DNA of 64,000 bases, from the IMG/VR virus record IMGVR_UViG_3300020202_000061, positions 1 to 64,000 of that record. The stretch is one strand, 5' to 3'. The notes beneath the pieces were generated by a model. The model saw nothing but the letters and a program-made list of their open reading frames with translations, searched no databases and was not told where the DNA came from. The translations under genes were made by a program, and so were the position numbers. Shown in pieces: positions 1 to 9,097 of this stretch (positions within the stretch are counted from its first letter, which is position 1; each line of letters starts with the position of its first letter).

Positions 1-545
1 TAACGGATCGTGCAGTTGATCGTCATGTAACGCTGCTCGTCGTAGTTCATCTCGCCGAGTTCCACGTTGGTCAGCATGCATCCGGCGTAGCACCACTTCT
101 GAAGGATGTTGGGGTCCGCAGCAGAGGCACCGGCCGAGGCTCCACCCGCGAGCACGTCCAGGTCCATCTCGAACTTGTAGTTCTCACCAGCACGGCTCAT
201 GGTCTGGTCGAAGAAGTTCTGCTGCTTCGCGATCTGATTCTGAACACGAGTCTGAACACTGTTGGTGATGTCATCGAAGAACACCACGTTCATCTCGGCC
301 CACTCACCACGGTTGATCACGTAGACCGTGCTCGCATACGAGTAGAGAGACTGAGCCTCAAACTGCACGGTCGGACGGTTGATCGTCTTGATCTGACGAG
401 TCAGGTCATACGGAGCAGGCTCATTGGCCGCACCGAAGTTGAAGAACAGCACACGAAAACGATTCGAAAAGATCGGCTGCAACACAGCAGAGCGATCCCC
501 GTTCATTCCCGGTACGCCAAAATTGGCCAAACTGTTGATAGTCAT
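1..545 (-). CDS. Tail tube protein (T4 gp19-like), runs off the window start
   Basis: Not in the ORF track. Translated by hand from ATG at 545: MTINSLANFGVPG..LQPIFSNRFRVLF..DLTRQIKTINRPTVQFE..GEWAEMNVVFFDDITN..QKWWYAGCMLTNVELGEMNY. Downstream of the sheath gene, with TAAATA upstream. Confidence 0.85.
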   Translation of the reverse strand, partial: MTINSLANFGVPGMNGDRSAVLQPIFSNRFRVLFFNFGAANEPAPYDLTRQIKTINRPTVQFEAQSLYSYASTVYVINRGEWAEMNVVFFDDITNSVQTRVQNQIAKQQNFFDQTMSRAGENYKFEMDLDVLAGGASAGASAADPNILQKWCYAGCMLTNVELGEMNYDEQRYMTINCTIR

Positions 546-592
546 TTAGGTTTCTCTCCACTGACCCGAATATTTACGGACTTCCCAAGTAT

Positions 593-1156
593 TTAGCCTT
601 TTGGATCAGGCCGTTTGCCATTCCAGAAATAAGGCATCGCCGCCTCCACACGGGATTCGATGATTTCATCGGGTTCCGCGCCCCTCAGGAGCCCCATCAG
701 GACCTTCAAGGGAGTTTCGTGCCGAACCACCAGGACAGACTGGTTCCGGTCTAGAGCGGGCCACAGCGTGCTTCTGGCCCAGGTCTGGATGCGATCTTCC
801 AGGTCCTGGTAGGATTCGCCACCGGGAGGGCACCGGAAATAATCACGTTCCCACAGCTTGTAGCGTTTCGGAGGCAGTTCCTGACGGATTTCCTCCCAGA
901 GACGCCCCTCGATGGCTCCGCCCCGGCGCTCGTCCAGGGCGTGCGTGATAATGACATCCTCTCGGAACAGACGGGCCGCGCAGATTGCCGCCTCACTCCG
1001 ACCGCAATAAATCACATCCCATTGACGGTCTCGAATCTCCACCCCACCCTCTCGAAGCCGTTCATAACCCCGAGCGGTCATAATATCGGTGTGGGCACCG
1101 GGCATCTTGGCATCGGCTTCGGCATGGGTCTGACCCACCCTCATCATGACTAACAT
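593..1156 (-). CDS. Histidine phosphatase (phosphoglycerate mutase-like) family protein with degenerate RHG motif
   Basis: MMRVGQT at the RHG position, LDER, PPGGESYQDLEDRI, VLVVRH. Confidence 0.7.
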   Translation of the reverse strand: MLVMMRVGQTHAEADAKMPGAHTDIMTARGYERLREGGVEIRDRQWDVIYCGRSEAAICAARLFREDVIITHALDERRGGAIEGRLWEEIRQELPPKRYKLWERDYFRCPPGGESYQDLEDRIQTWARSTLWPALDRNQSVLVVRHETPLKVLMGLLRGAEPDEIIESRVEAAMPYFWNGKRPDPKG

Positions 1157-1650
1157 CGATAAATCGTCCTCTGGAATGGGTTTTCACCCGCAATCCTGTT
1201 GATCCAAACCTCATTGATCTTCATGAAGAAATTATCACTGGGACGGACCATCTGATCCATCATGTCCATGATGCGGTCGATCCTGATCTGGGAGACCCGG
1301 TCGGTCTGGAAACTCTCGTAGAACTTCCGCAACGGCATGATCTCTCCACGATATCGCTTGGGGAGACCATCTTTCTCCTCCAGAATCAGACTCACCGCGA
1401 CCAGATCGCGACGGGTGAAATCGTCCATGGTGAAACCCTGGTTCTCATCCTGGGGCTTTTTCGCCATGATGTACTCGACGATGAATTCGAACGCCCAGAC
1501 CTCCTCCTCGATGTGAAGCTTGGTCGGTCCCACAATGCGGGTGCCCGCATCCACTTCGGGAATGCCAACGAGCGGCTTGGTCTTTTCCAATTCACCCGCC
1601 AACAACGTATTGATTGTCTTAAAACTTTCTTGATCGACGTTCGGTTTCAT
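1150..1650 (-). CDS. Hypothetical protein (late)
   Basis: 166 aa ORF with GGAGG RBS and TAAATA at 1666-1671. Confidence 0.7.
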   Translation of the reverse strand: MKPNVDQESFKTINTLLAGELEKTKPLVGIPEVDAGTRIVGPTKLHIEEEVWAFEFIVEYIMAKKPQDENQGFTMDDFTRRDLVAVSLILEEKDGLPKRYRGEIMPLRKFYESFQTDRVSQIRIDRIMDMMDQMVRPSDNFFMKINEVWINRIAGENPFQRTIYRC

Positions 1651-1683
1651 CGGAACCTCCGAACGTATTTAGGATGGGAAATT

Positions 1684-1926
1684 TCAGAAAAAGCGACCTG
1701 TTACCAAATTGAAGAATCCCACCAAGACCGGCGGAACCACAATGAAACAGAATCGGCCACCAGCGGTGGTCTCGGCGATCCAGGCAAGGTCCCAGGAGAT
1801 GAACGCGATCAGCAGGTAAGCGACCAAATAGGTCAGGACAAACATTCCGGCAGTCAGACCGATGACGATGGTCGTCTCTTTCTCACTGTCCCGGAATGTT
1901 GCCCAAAGCTTACTGAGCCAACCCAT
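1684..1926 (-). CDS. Small membrane protein (2 TM)
   Basis: Two hydrophobic segments; directly follows the sheath gene. Confidence 0.6.
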   Translation of the reverse strand: MGWLSKLWATFRDSEKETTIVIGLTAGMFVLTYLVAYLLIAFISWDLAWIAETTAGGRFCFIVVPPVLVGFFNLVTGRFF

Positions 1927-1944
1927 GTCTATTCACCGCGCTCC

Positions 1945-4308
1945 TTAGAAGGGGAACTGATCACCCGTGTTCAGGACGGTGATCGGCACGTAGATGAATT
2001 CGATGGCCTTGGCGGGCTTAATCGCCACGTCCACCCACAACTCATAACGGTCGATACGGTCAGCCGTGTTGTTGGATTCGTCGCAACGCACCGCGTAGTC
2101 GTAGAGAGCACGGAGCGACTTCAACCCGGCCAGATAACGCTCGGTCACAACCTGAGCAGAACGGCGAGTTACGGCGTCGTTGATCTCGAACAGGAACGGC
2201 TCCAGCAGACGCTGCAAGTCGTACTTCATCTTCGCAATCAAACGCGCCACGTTCACACGATCCAGAGCACTGGCAATGGCCGAGTTCGTCTTCTGACCGA
2301 AGATCACCAGACCACGGTTCGGAATGAACGTGATCGGGTTCACACGGTTCTGATAGGCGATATCACGCATGGAGCGGGTCATGATCAGCGGGATGTAATC
2401 ACCGTCGTTGTCGAGGTAACCCACGCTGGTCGCATTGTCCACACGACCACGAGTGTAACCGGCGGGCGGGAACCACGGAGCGGCCACGCTGTCGGAGTAG
2501 CTGATCGCACGCATCACCATATGGCTGGGCGGTGCGAACACATCCTGTCCGTCCGTAACGTTCGTGGTCAGGCACCAGGGGTACCAGAAACCCGCATACG
2601 GAGTCGGAGCCCGGCTGAAGCCCTGCTCACCAGTCGCCGCGACATTGTTGGCGTTGCTCATCCACTCCCGCACGGTCACTTCACGACCCACCGGGATTCC
2701 CGAGGGGCGCATGAACTTCGGAGTATCCGCGACGATGAACGCGGTCTCGTTGTTGTCCGTGTTCAGTGCGAGCATCTCGTCGTAGAGTTCGGGATAACCC
2801 GGCGCAGCGATAAGCTGGAAGTAGTTCACCTCGTTACGAACCTCTTCGTTCGCGACGATGGCCTTCTGCATACCCTCCACCACCACTTCACGCTGAGCCT
2901 TACGACCGAAGGTCGCTCCGGCAGCGGGCTCCCAGTGATTGTCCGTCTCATCCACCACCACGAAGAAGCCAGCCTCCAGGACCACCTTCTTCGGCGTGTA
3001 GTCGGGGTTGAACTTCTTCACCGTGAAGGTGGTCTTGGACTCACCCAGGTTGAGCCAGAACGTGCCATTGACGACAGCGCTGGCCAGCGGGTCCTGATCC
3101 GTTATCTTGACGTTCCGGGTGATGTCCACCCACGATCCCAGAGTGTACCTCTTAATGATCGGATAGTTGTCGAAGTTCTGCGGATTCCGGATGTCCACCC
3201 AGATCGCACCCTCTGCGGGGAACTGCGGAGCACTGCCCGAGATGACCTTCTGCTCGGCCGTGGGATTGCTCACAGTCGTAGTCAGGATCGGAACCCACTC
3301 GTTGCCACGACCGAAGTCGGTGCCCTCCACATACAGGGCGAAGTCCGTGAACGTGTCGTTGAACCACAGGGTGCCGGTCTCGGGGTCGCTCACCGGCTGA
3401 TTCGGCTGCACCACAACGGCCAGCGGAATGAACCGGGTTCCAGTTCCCACGTAGAGCGGACGCGCTCCAGTGGACGCGATCAGACTGGTATCCTCCCACA
3501 CTGTGTTCTGATTGGGCGTCGGCATGCTGGGCTGACGAATCACAGGCTGGCTCACAAACACACCATCGACGGCACGGAAACGTGCCACCTTCAGGTTGGT
3601 GCCACCACTGGACTGGGTCGTCTTGTACCAGAAATCACCCGTCTGCGGGCTCACCGGAGCGGTGGGCTGAACATGCAGGTTGCAGGTCGAGCCGAAATCC
3701 GCGATCAGATTCGCTGCGGTCGCGGCCTTCCAGGTGCCGCCTTCCTTGTAGCGGATCGTGCCATCGAGATTGGTGTAGTCGAAAGCCCAATCCCCATCAG
3801 CACCGTCCGAGCCGCTGAGCGGCGACGTGGCCACGCGAAATCCCTGCGCAACCCAAGAGGTGCCATTGAACTTGAAGATACCACCGACGACCGCATCCCG
3901 GTCCAACCAGTAGGTGCCATCGGGCGGCGGAAGAACCGGCTCATTGGTGCTCGGCACCAACTCACCCAGATCGACATCCGCACGCAAAATGTAGGCGCGG
4001 TTACCACGGCCCAAGAAGGACCATGCCGCCAACAGACCATACTCGCAAGTCTCGTCCCCGAACACCGGGTCACCCGCGCTCGTCACGAACACCGGGTTAC
4101 CATAGTTCTGGAGCAGTTCACGCTGCGAAGCCACCAGACGAAGCTTGTCCCGCTCGACCGTACCCAGTGCGGTGCCGGTTCCATCCGGCGCGGTCTTGTT
4201 CCGGCGCGTAGCCAGAACCACCAGAGGAATGGTTGTCGGATTCGGGGACCGGTAGATCGACAGGTCCTGCACGAAAACCCGGACGCCAGCGGAAATCAGT
4301 TGAGGCAT
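1945..4308 (-). CDS. Tail sheath protein (T4 gp18-like) with inserted P-x-x-P-x-x-G-x-x-W repeat region
   Basis: N-terminal LISAGVRVFVQDLS; C-terminal PWFPPAGYTRG, YQNRVNPI, IFGQKT, LDRVNVARL, FLFEIND, VRCDESNNT, IKPAKAIEFIY. Confidence 0.95.
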   Translation of the reverse strand: MPQLISAGVRVFVQDLSIYRSPNPTTIPLVVLATRRNKTAPDGTGTALGTVERDKLRLVASQRELLQNYGNPVFVTSAGDPVFGDETCEYGLLAAWSFLGRGNRAYILRADVDLGELVPSTNEPVLPPPDGTYWLDRDAVVGGIFKFNGTSWVAQGFRVATSPLSGSDGADGDWAFDYTNLDGTIRYKEGGTWKAATAANLIADFGSTCNLHVQPTAPVSPQTGDFWYKTTQSSGGTNLKVARFRAVDGVFVSQPVIRQPSMPTPNQNTVWEDTSLIASTGARPLYVGTGTRFIPLAVVVQPNQPVSDPETGTLWFNDTFTDFALYVEGTDFGRGNEWVPILTTTVSNPTAEQKVISGSAPQFPAEGAIWVDIRNPQNFDNYPIIKRYTLGSWVDITRNVKITDQDPLASAVVNGTFWLNLGESKTTFTVKKFNPDYTPKKVVLEAGFFVVVDETDNHWEPAAGATFGRKAQREVVVEGMQKAIVANEEVRNEVNYFQLIAAPGYPELYDEMLALNTDNNETAFIVADTPKFMRPSGIPVGREVTVREWMSNANNVAATGEQGFSRAPTPYAGFWYPWCLTTNVTDGQDVFAPPSHMVMRAISYSDSVAAPWFPPAGYTRGRVDNATSVGYLDNDGDYIPLIMTRSMRDIAYQNRVNPITFIPNRGLVIFGQKTNSAIASALDRVNVARLIAKMKYDLQRLLEPFLFEINDAVTRRSAQVVTERYLAGLKSLRALYDYAVRCDESNNTADRIDRYELWVDVAIKPAKAIEFIYVPITVLNTGDQFPF

Positions 4309-4348
4309 TTAAGGTTACCCTCGGCTTAAAGAGAATTCTCTATCCCGA

Positions 4349-4354
4349 TATTTA
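4349..4354 (-). promoter_or_regulatory. Late promoter core TAAATA (sheath gene), representative of about 16 copies
   Basis: Same motif upstream of the tube, gp15-like, gp13-like and fibre genes; resembles the T4 late promoter TATAAATA. Confidence 0.7.
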
Positions 4355-4389
4355 CGGGGCCAAGGGGTTTACCGTGTTCGTATCAGGAG

Positions 4390-4695
4390 TTAGGAAGTGC
4401 CCTGACGAATTAGTCGAAGACGAGCGGGTTTGACAATATTCCAAAACACCCACCACGTATCGTCCGGATCGGGAGGGTCCGTGGTATGATCCGGGTCCAA
4501 GCGCAGACCAGAGACATCTACCTCCCAGATGTCACCGGTTCCATGATTGGGGTCCAATTTGGTGGCCATATACACACCCCCAGCCCGACCCGGCACCAAG
4601 CCTCGACGACGAATCCGTGCACGATTTTCCGATGCCGTGTAGTGATACATCACCGATGGGTGATCAAAACCCTCTTTTAGATCAGTAAGTTTCAT
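4390..4695 (-). CDS. Small ADP-ribosyltransferase-fold (Tpt1/KptA-like) protein with MKLTDLKE leader
   Basis: Start reassigned to ATG 4695 (ATGA overlap with upstream stop); YHYT..RARIRRRGLVP..GVYM..IWEVDV..VKPARL. Confidence 0.55.
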   Translation of the reverse strand: MKLTDLKEGFDHPSVMYHYTASENRARIRRRGLVPGRAGGVYMATKLDPNHGTGDIWEVDVSGLRLDPDHTTDPPDPDDTWWVFWNIVKPARLRLIRQGTS

Positions 4696-5489
4696 CCAAG
4701 GCTCTCGAACACCAGGATATCGTTCTCGTCCGCACGGATAATCAACTCGTCCAGGGTCTGGAACCGGTCGAAGTCCATCCGCTCGTCCAGTTGCTTGATC
4801 GGGACGTGAATCTCGTAAATGTGCTTGGTTTCGTAGACCTTGGCCGGGGGGTTCATCCAGACCGGCTCCAACACGAACGGTAACGTGAACACGTATAGCG
4901 GATTCGCCTCCAACCCGGTGGGCACGGCCTTCTCCATGCGAACCTCGCCCTCGAAACGGATATTCCGCATGAACGTCCAATCAGCCGGACTATTCCGGAG
5001 TTCGATATCGAGGGATGGATTAAATTGAGTACAAAGCTGCTCGACCAATTGGTAACCCTGGTCGTTGTTGGAGGCCCACATCCGAACCTCGACGTTCACG
5101 GTGTATGGGACGGCCATGTGACGTTCCACGGTCTTCTTTTTGCCGGGTTGGTTCACCAAGAGTTCTCCGTCCGGGGTCATGGCGCGTTCGATATAGTTGT
5201 ATTTTTCCCGATGCTGCGGGTTCAGGCGGAGTTCGTCCGACTGTCTGAGACCGGTCATGTAGATGGCCATCACCGGTAGGTAGGCCATGGTGTTGTCGGA
5301 CCCACCGTGCATGATGTAGGCTCCGACCGTTCCCATATCCCCATACTTCACCGGTACGTCCAGGAATCGGGACTTCCCATCACGCTGGATACCGGTCTGG
5401 ACCTGATAACCCCGGAACGCCGCCATCACCTGTACGAGGTAGCGCTTCAACTGGGCATCGTAGAAAAATGGTTTGCGTTTGAGTACCAT
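4692..5489 (-). CDS. Tail sheath stabilizer / tail completion protein (T4 gp15-like)
   Basis: FFYDAQLKRYLVQ, VPVKYGD, VERHMAVPY, QLVEQLCTQFNPSLDI, WMNPPAKV; context next to the sheath gene. Confidence 0.8.
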   Translation of the reverse strand: MVLKRKPFFYDAQLKRYLVQVMAAFRGYQVQTGIQRDGKSRFLDVPVKYGDMGTVGAYIMHGGSDNTMAYLPVMAIYMTGLRQSDELRLNPQHREKYNYIERAMTPDGELLVNQPGKKKTVERHMAVPYTVNVEVRMWASNNDQGYQLVEQLCTQFNPSLDIELRNSPADWTFMRNIRFEGEVRMEKAVPTGLEANPLYVFTLPFVLEPVWMNPPAKVYETKHIYEIHVPIKQLDERMDFDRFQTLDELIIRADENDILVFESLG

Positions 5490-5497
5490 GCGAATAT

Positions 5498-5920
5498 TTA
5501 CTCTCCCCCGATCATAGCCGTCCGGAACTGAGCGAGGAATCGACGCAACAAACGGGGATCAGTGAAGGCAGCGTTCTTTCGAGGCTCTTTCTCGGTGCCG
5601 TATTCGAAATAGACGATCCGATTGAACGGGTTCTGGTCGAGGAACTCCATAGCCATCTGATGCAACTCCTTCAGGGCCGCTCGGGTTACTGTATCGGTCT
5701 GGAACTCCACACCCATTTCCTTGGTGTGCTGGAACACTCTGATCCAACCCCAACGATAGCCCATGGTGTAACTCCAATGTGGTTCTTGCTGGCCTGTGAG
5801 TTCACGAGCACGGTCACGGATCACTTCCCAATGAGCACCATCACGGAAATTACCGTCGTCCATGATCCAGCCAGCACGATTATAGATGTAGCCTTCTCTG
5901 AGAAGTTCGACCAACCTCAT
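5498..5920 (-). CDS. Putative internal head protein, single GWI-H-GWIR domain
   Basis: MRLVELLRE leader; AGWIMDDG..H..GWIRV. Confidence 0.7.
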   Translation of the reverse strand: MRLVELLREGYIYNRAGWIMDDGNFRDGAHWEVIRDRARELTGQQEPHWSYTMGYRWGWIRVFQHTKEMGVEFQTDTVTRAALKELHQMAMEFLDQNPFNRIVYFEYGTEKEPRKNAAFTDPRLLRRFLAQFRTAMIGGE

Positions 5921-7437
5921 CTGCGATGGCTCTCTGCCGCTTTCATCTTCGGACGTGGCACAAATTTACCGCCGATGTATTTCTGTGCATCCTCATCGAA
6001 TGTGTCGAGCCATTCGTTGTAGGCGTCGATCACCCTCTGACTGGGATTGTCAATCTGACGCATCAGCTTGGGATGGTTCTTGACCATGGTGATCAGGATA
6101 TCGTCGGGAATCTGATACTTGAAACGGGTCGAAGCCCTGAGGAGGTATTCGCCGCTCTTCGGAGCCGCAAGCTGCATCGCCTCACGAGTCGGGTGCGGGA
6201 TGTCCAGAATGGTCGAACCCACTCGGGACACTGCGAGCCTCTGGAGTTCCGGCGTCTGATCCTTGACGTGGGCAATCGTCCTGGGCACCCGCTGGACCGC
6301 AACTTTCATGGCCAGCGGGTCCTGATCCTTGATGACCTGAATCAGATCGGGATTCTCCTGTGCCACAAAGCGTTGAACCTCCGGACCCGGATTAACGATC
6401 TGACGGATACTCTCGGGATCAAGATGAACCGCATGCAACTTCAAGTCATCACTGATACCGGGGAACTTCTTGAGAATCTCGACCAGAGCCATGTTTCGAT
6501 GACCATAGCGGGGCTGCGGGGTCATATTCATGGCCAATTCAATCTCATCCTCGGTGGGATTCGAGATGTTAAAGAGGTTCCTCCAGTTCTTTCTGATACC
6601 GTTCTGCCTCATCTCCTCGCTGGGATTCTCGAACATCCAAAGTGCCCCATTGAGTTCGGCTTTCTTGGCGATTTCCGGAATCTTACTGAGCCAACGATAG
6701 TTGTGAGCGAGGCTGAACTTCTGTTGCTCCTCGGCGGGCTCTCCACGGATTGATTTGTACTTGGCCGGGAACGTCGGAATCTCCTTATCATTCTCGTCCA
6801 TGAACTGGTTGCTCTCGAAGTGCATCTGCACCTTTCGCCCGTTCGGGGTCAGGACGATGTAGAGCGGCCCATCTTTGTTGTAATCATTGAAGTGGTTCTG
6901 GCTCTCCGTAGATGCCGTACACCACTGGGTACCACGACCAAGATAGCAGGAGGCTTCCTCCGTGGTCGGCACATACACAGCGCCTTCCGGCCCCCTGTAG
7001 ACGACACGAACCTGCTCCTTCAACTTAGCATCGATCATGGCCTGAATCTGACGCTCACTCGTGGTGTCCACGAGTTCCATCGGCTTGATCACCTTCGTGT
7101 AGAGATCAATCGGTCCCTTGTAGCGGTTGATGTCGCGCTGTGCGGGTTCCAGCTTGGGCTTCAACGCATCGAATCGGCTCAGATAGCTCTTGGTTCGGTC
7201 GATATCCTCGACACGAAAGAGACCACCCAGATATGAACGGATCACCCACTGAGCATACTTTTTGTCCCCGGTCGGGTCCGTACTGATAATCACGTCGAAA
7301 AACGTCTCCGGATGCATGAACGTGCGACTGGGGGAATTACGCTCGTTCTGGACAGCGTGATCCCACAACGCCTGCTGGTAATTCCGGCGAAGGAAATCAA
7401 TGCGATTCTCTAACAGGAGGAATTCCAGTAATCTCAC
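5917..7437 (-). CDS. Putative internal head protein with GTQWCTA domain and C-terminal short helical repeats
   Basis: GTG start, MRLLEFLLLE leader; DPTGDKKYAQW, ASCYLGRGTQWCTA, QFMDEND; ~23 aa repeats (I.NP..E.Q..AV). Confidence 0.75.
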   Translation of the reverse strand: MRLLEFLLLENRIDFLRRNYQQALWDHAVQNERNSPSRTFMHPETFFDVIISTDPTGDKKYAQWVIRSYLGGLFRVEDIDRTKSYLSRFDALKPKLEPAQRDINRYKGPIDLYTKVIKPMELVDTTSERQIQAMIDAKLKEQVRVVYRGPEGAVYVPTTEEASCYLGRGTQWCTASTESQNHFNDYNKDGPLYIVLTPNGRKVQMHFESNQFMDENDKEIPTFPAKYKSIRGEPAEEQQKFSLAHNYRWLSKIPEIAKKAELNGALWMFENPSEEMRQNGIRKNWRNLFNISNPTEDEIELAMNMTPQPRYGHRNMALVEILKKFPGISDDLKLHAVHLDPESIRQIVNPGPEVQRFVAQENPDLIQVIKDQDPLAMKVAVQRVPRTIAHVKDQTPELQRLAVSRVGSTILDIPHPTREAMQLAAPKSGEYLLRASTRFKYQIPDDILITMVKNHPKLMRQIDNPSQRVIDAYNEWLDTFDEDAQKYIGGKFVPRPKMKAAESHRR

Positions 7438-7447
7438 GATAAGTCCC

Positions 7448-9097
7448 TCACATGACGTAATATTTACCCACAGACTGATTCAGGACTTTTTCGAACGCCT
7501 GTTCGAGTTGGTGCTCGAATCGAGCGATGAGTTTGGTGGTGAACTGTTCCGCACCCGGTCTCAGAGTGTGATCCCGGTCCAGACGACGTGGAAGCTGACG
7601 ATTCAGACGGACGCGGCCCGTCATCAGGTACTGGGTGAACCGCTCGTAGACCCACTCCGCATACTGCACGAGCTTTCCCTTACGGGCGGAGTTCATCCGC
7701 CCCAGCATGTGACCGAGGAGCTTCCCGTAGGCCCGGAAATAATCACGACGGAAAATCTCCCGATTCCAACCACTCACCTTGGGCCACTCCACCCCATAAG
7801 CACGCCGGGTTAAGCTCTCGACGAACTTATCGAACATCCCATGGATATTCGGCTCATAACCCTGAGTAAGGACGTGTGCGGTTCGGTGCGCCATCATCCA
7901 GGGCGACCGCATCGGCACATACGCCTCGTCCCGAAGGTTTCCGGTGTGAATGATGTTGATCCGGTTCCGCGCATTATTCAGGCGGGAGATTCTCTGGGCC
8001 ACATCCGGTCCCATACGCTCGCTGATCCAATCCAGCCGGACCTCACCCTTCTGGGTGTGCCAGTCATAGTCGGGATCAGGATTGGCCCAGAAATACAGAT
8101 TGAGGTTCTGTGGAATGCGGGCGAACTTCGTGGCGATCTTCCGGATCACTTCGGGATCACGAATCGCTTTCACATCCCTGTCCGAGAAGTGCTGTTTCTC
8201 ACGCTCGTAGCCGTGCCACTTCCGACGCTGCGTGGCCAGATTCTGTTCCAGATCGGGATCGACCTGGAAGTCACCGAGCGGGGCTTCGTTGAGCTTGGAC
8301 TTGAGCAGATCACGCACAAACGTATTCACGTCCACCTCGCGGTAGAACGATCTACTACCACCCTCGTACTCGTCAATGCGATAGACTTTCTTGGGCGAGT
8401 CCTTGATCAGGATGAGCATCCGGTAAATCGCGAGTCTCGTGACGTTGCGGATGGACCAACCAAAACCCAATCCATCGTCGGTCTCAACCACACGAATCCA
8501 CCCGCTCTTCAGGGCAAGACCACCAGCCATTCCATGCTCGTCCGGATTGTAATGCGGGAAATAGCCCTCCGCCTCTGCTTCATGATTCTCGAACCCGACC
8601 GGGATGAACTCACCTCGGTCAGTAATCCAATAACCATAGTCCGTACCGGGAATCTCAACGGCTTCGGTGATCACCCCACGATAACGCTGATTTAGCCAGC
8701 GCTGGGCCTGTCTGGGGTCGTCAAAGCGGCCCCAATCCTGACCGATCTGGAGCATGATCTTGTAGTCGAACCGATCCTTGATGATCTCGTAGACTTTACG
8801 AACCGCTTCACGGCTCGGTTCCAGACCGAGTTGGAACCCGATCTCACCACCCTCGGTGTAGACGCGGACCCACCCGTTACTGAACCCGTACAGGTAAAAG
8901 TCACTGTCCGGGACAAGATTCATCTTATTTTTGATGATATGAGGATCGCGTCCTTCCAGGTCCATATCGGAAACGATCTGATCGTAGAACGCCTCCTGCA
9001 TGATCTGGGTATGACCACCCTCGTGGTAGACCCCATCGGCGTCGATCCAGCCATAGTAGTAGAGATGAGATTCGAGGAGCAGGTCGATCAACTTCAT
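7448..9097 (-). CDS. Putative internal head polyprotein: 2x GWI-H-GWIR domain + HRxxH domain
   Basis: MKLIDLLLE leader (ATG 9097 or GTG 9100); modules linked by VITE and KLNE; PWMMAHRTAH. Confidence 0.75.
   Translation of the reverse strand: MKLIDLLLESHLYYYGWIDADGVYHEGGHTQIMQEAFYDQIVSDMDLEGRDPHIIKNKMNLVPDSDFYLYGFSNGWVRVYTEGGEIGFQLGLEPSREAVRKVYEIIKDRFDYKIMLQIGQDWGRFDDPRQAQRWLNQRYRGVITEAVEIPGTDYGYWITDRGEFIPVGFENHEAEAEGYFPHYNPDEHGMAGGLALKSGWIRVVETDDGLGFGWSIRNVTRLAIYRMLILIKDSPKKVYRIDEYEGGSRSFYREVDVNTFVRDLLKSKLNEAPLGDFQVDPDLEQNLATQRRKWHGYEREKQHFSDRDVKAIRDPEVIRKIATKFARIPQNLNLYFWANPDPDYDWHTQKGEVRLDWISERMGPDVAQRISRLNNARNRINIIHTGNLRDEAYVPMRSPWMMAHRTAHVLTQGYEPNIHGMFDKFVESLTRRAYGVEWPKVSGWNREIFRRDYFRAYGKLLGHMLGRMNSARKGKLVQYAEWVYERFTQYLMTGRVRLNRQLPRRLDRDHTLRPGAEQFTTKLIARFEHQLEQAFEKVLNQSVGKYYVM

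Noticed and set aside
1513-4329. 938 aa plus-strand ORF
   Set aside because: Antisense shadow of the strongly codon-biased tail sheath gene; no RBS, no motifs, H/R/V-rich composition.
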